A DNA stretch of 63,154 nucleotides, filler included, from Rhabdomonas costata (Eukaryota): NCBI GenBank assembly GCA_019059605.1. It is 56 parts of 56 records of this genome, joined end to end, with 100 filler letters (N's around TTAATTAATTAA, not from the genome) between each part and the next. Parts side by side here need not be neighbours in the genome. Positions count along the whole stretch, not along the records: positions 59,868 to 60,896 come from JAHMHO010032575.1; positions 60,997 to 62,025 come from JAHMHO010032576.1; positions 62,126 to 63,154 come from JAHMHO010032577.1; 53 more parts are not named here. One strand, written 5' to 3'. Position 1 is the stretch's first letter. Each line of letters starts with the position of its first letter. This document shows, piece after piece, positions 60,303 through 63,154 of the stretch. The notes below the pieces were generated by a model. That model did no database searches. It had not been told where the DNA came from and saw only the letters and a program-made list of their open reading frames with translations. A program made the translations under genes and the position numbers.

Positions 60303-61745
60303 GTAAATTAATGGCATTTGAAGGTCAGGAACCGCTTCAATGCAGGCGGGTGTGGTATCTGGGATTTTGTTGTGCTCTGCGGTTTCCGAGAGCGTTATCC
60401 TTATTTGCATCGGTTTGTAATTTTCGACACCTATTCTATGCATTTTTACTTTTTATGTCTTTGGGTACTGTTGAGGTGAAAGAAGCTGCTTCGCTGTGTG
60501 GTACTACAGGTATTTTTTTTGCTTCAGTTGGGTTGTTGTTTTTGACTTTGTATACGGCTTACTCAAATCTGATAACGTCACCACACCAGGGTGAGTCTTC
60601 TTTCACCACCTTATTTGAAGGCCGCTGCTCATCATTAACTAGTTGGCAAAGCTCGATTTTAAAATGCACTTTTTAGGGTCATAATTCCCCAGCTCGAAGC
60701 CCCCTTTCCCCCATTGGGTCAATGTTGACTTTTATGGTAGGCTGCGTTCCCCATTGTGTAACAACATTGACTACAGGGGGAAAGGGGGAGCGTATACTTT
60801 GCACAGCAAAAGTGCTCAAATCGGCTCTTTCCAGCTAAAAAGGCCAAAGTTAGGGGTAAAACGATAGCTTTTAGGCCAAAATTGATGAAAAAAACANNNN
60901 NNNNNNNNNNNNNNNNNNNNNNNNNNNNNNNNNNNNNNNNTTAATTAATTAANNNNNNNNNNNNNNNNNNNNNNNNNNNNNNNNNNNNNNNNNNNNGGTG
61001 GGGTGTATTTTTGAGCAGTCGTCCGGGCATCCAGACATTAAAGAAAGCGGGGAAGGATCAGAAGCCCCCAGCCCGGGGTGGGAAAGGGACCATTGCAACT
61101 TGTCCGCTTGGTCGCCTCTTTGCATTATTTCGCGTTGTGTTCGTGCCCTGCAGGCTGCACGTTTTCCCTTTCCCAAAGCAGGGCAAAAGTTTGGCGTGTT
61201 CTTACTGTATAGCATTGCATATTCGGCGTCGGCAAATCGCACGAGAGGGGTGCGTCTCGGAGCGTTCAGCTGTCTTCCGTGCTCCTTCATTTGAAATATG
61301 GTAATCCTCGTGGCCCGCGTTGTGGACCGGGTGAATGTGGTGGAGGTGGACGATGCCAGACCAGTGCCGTATCTCGGTGCTGGACGCGGTGTAGTGCTTG
61401 TGAGTCCACTCCAGGTTCCACAGTAAACAGAGAGTTTCTCACGAGGAAAGAATTCTGTAATGGGTAGAAACCTTGCATTTTCATGGTGTCCCGAAGAGGG
61501 CCCAAGATGCGGGCATATGGAAAATAAAAAATCGGCCTGCCCTAGGCCCGATTTTCATGGCGCATTTTCGGTGAATCAAACCATGCGGTCTTCTGCACCT
61601 CTCCTCCAAGCGAACTATCCGAGACCAGGGGCATAAATATAGTACACAACATCAAATCGGAATGCCACAGGCTAATCGCGCGTTTCAAGGTGACTCTTAT
61701 AGGGCTCAACGGGAGTTTGGGCTCGCGAGCACACAAAAAGCACAC

Positions 61746-62004
61746 CGTTAGCAGGCCAAAGAACAACCCGGGCAGCATCACCGCATCCGTCCACGAGGTC
61801 ATCAGCGCGGCGCACCCCAGGGCCAGCCCCGCGAACAGCACCGCGGACACAGAGAAGGCCCGGGCCACAGCAAGCAAGCTCTGGCACCCCCCGGCATACT
61901 CGCTGGCCGGAACGCACTCTGGGCCCCAGCAGGTCGACCACAGGCCCTCGCGCAGCGCCGCCGTGGGGGAGTCCTGAAACCTCCACCAGTCCGTGGACCA
62001 GCAG
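61746..62004 (-). CDS. Exon of a claudin/PMP22/amastin-clan tetraspan protein
   Basis: TDWW...EGLWSTCWGPEC...CQSLLAVARAFSVSAVLF followed by hydrophobic helices (W-GLW-C-C signature); gcag| ... |gtgtgc. Confidence 0.75.
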
Positions 62005-62569
62005 CTGCGCAAGCTCATTCCCACANNNNNNNNNNNNNNNNNNNNNNNNNNNNNNNNNNNNNNNNNNNNTTAATTAATTAANNNNNNNNNNNNNNNNNNN
62101 NNNNNNNNNNNNNNNNNNNNNNNNNAGCTAGAAAAAAAGCGGGAAGGGGAGGCACATTTTGGAGATCTGACCACTTACGATTTAACAGCAAACAACCGAC
62201 CGATTTCTCTTTTCACAACCAAGGAAGCGTGCGGAGAAAGGAGGTAACAAACCGAGTCTTTCACACCTGTACCGTTTGAAGGACTTTTTTCCTTCGGAAA
62301 GAAGATCCCGAAGGCAAGACGAGAGCTGATGAATGTCCTTTTACAGCATACTTTTCTGTCTTTTTCTGCTCTTTTGCAACAAGAAAAAATAGTTTGTGGA
62401 GTTTTGCAGTTCGGTCTTGTCCTTGGGGTACATTCTGGCCTTTGTTCGATCTGCTTAGTCGCTTCCGTCTTGCAGGCTGTTTCCAACCCGGTGGGTCCAG
62501 ACGGGAGAGCTCCTGCTCTCAGTGCCCCCTCGGTTTTAATGTCTGTTGCTGCGGGTAGGCTTATGCTGT

Positions 62570-62721
62570 ATGGCCAACCCCTTTGAATGCCCTATCTGCT
62601 TCGAGCTGTACGATGAGCACGACCACTTACCTACCACTCTTCCCTGCGGCCACAGCTGCTGTCTTGTTCACAGCTGCCTGTTGCGGAACTGCTTCAGCTG
62701 CCGTGCCGTGCTGCCGGAGAG
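62570..62721 (+). CDS. First exon of a RING-finger protein
   Basis: MANPFECPICFELYDEHDHLPTTLPCGHSCCLVHSCLLRNCFSCR; donor |gtcacc. Confidence 0.8.
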
Positions 62722-63154
62722 GTCACCGCATTGTGTGAAATTCGTTTTTTGTGGACAGTGTCAGGAACGCCGTCTTGCCGCGAGACGATAGAACACGCTG
62801 GAACATGACATAAAATATCCTAGTCAACTCCGTGAAAAGATGCCAAATGTTCATCCACACAAATCAGCACCACAAAGGGATAAAAAAAGGTCCAGAAGTC
62901 CCGCGCCTTGGTGAGCAGCGCCAGGGACGGCGCCACGACTGGGACTCGTCGTGGTCGGAAGAAGATGACCTGAGGATCCCGGGAAGGTGAGTAGAAGAGA
63001 GGCCACCGAGCAGCAAATGCAGAATGTGCGAGCACAGAGGTTTAGAGCTCCCTAAAACCGCGGTTTAATGCGACCTTGAGGTTTCCCAAGATCCTCCGCC
63101 CAGCAGCAGAGGGGTGACTCCCCTCTGAAGATTCCAGGCCTCCCATCCCCAAAC

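Overview
This is not a contiguous locus. It is about 56 unrelated contigs of roughly 1,030 bp joined by artificial N44-TTAATTAATTAA-N44 spacers, so adjacency across spacers means nothing. The DNA is from an intron-rich eukaryote, probably a flagellate protist. The frequent GTGTG/GTGCG splice donors would fit a euglenid, but that is inference. Whole-genome-amplification artefacts are clear: G/T-only primer remnants at contig ends and fold-back chimeras. Most ORF-track entries are spurious. Real coding signal is short GT-AG exons of SERCA, Brr2/SNRNP200, a dynein heavy chain, an FtsH/AFG3 protease, a GT10 fucosyltransferase, a family-16 methyltransferase, and LRR, ankyrin, RRM, CCCH, RING, Kelch, EGF, sushi, claudin-like, SEP/UBXN11-like and DEDDy exonuclease proteins. 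Mobile DNA includes two decayed gag-like fragments, a CRE-like restriction-endonuclease fragment and MITE-like repeats. The most notable items are: (i) an intronless, very AT-rich contig encoding a divergent protein-primed PolB-like protein of probable Polinton-like-virus origin; (ii) an LTR-element leader carrying three tandem tRNA primer-binding sites; (iii) a palindromic CGTTATACGTATAACG array next to a conserved dispersed hairpin; (iv) a collapsed tandem array of Cys-rich exons; (v) a GC-AG intron in Brr2. No complete new system can be shown from 1-kb fragments.
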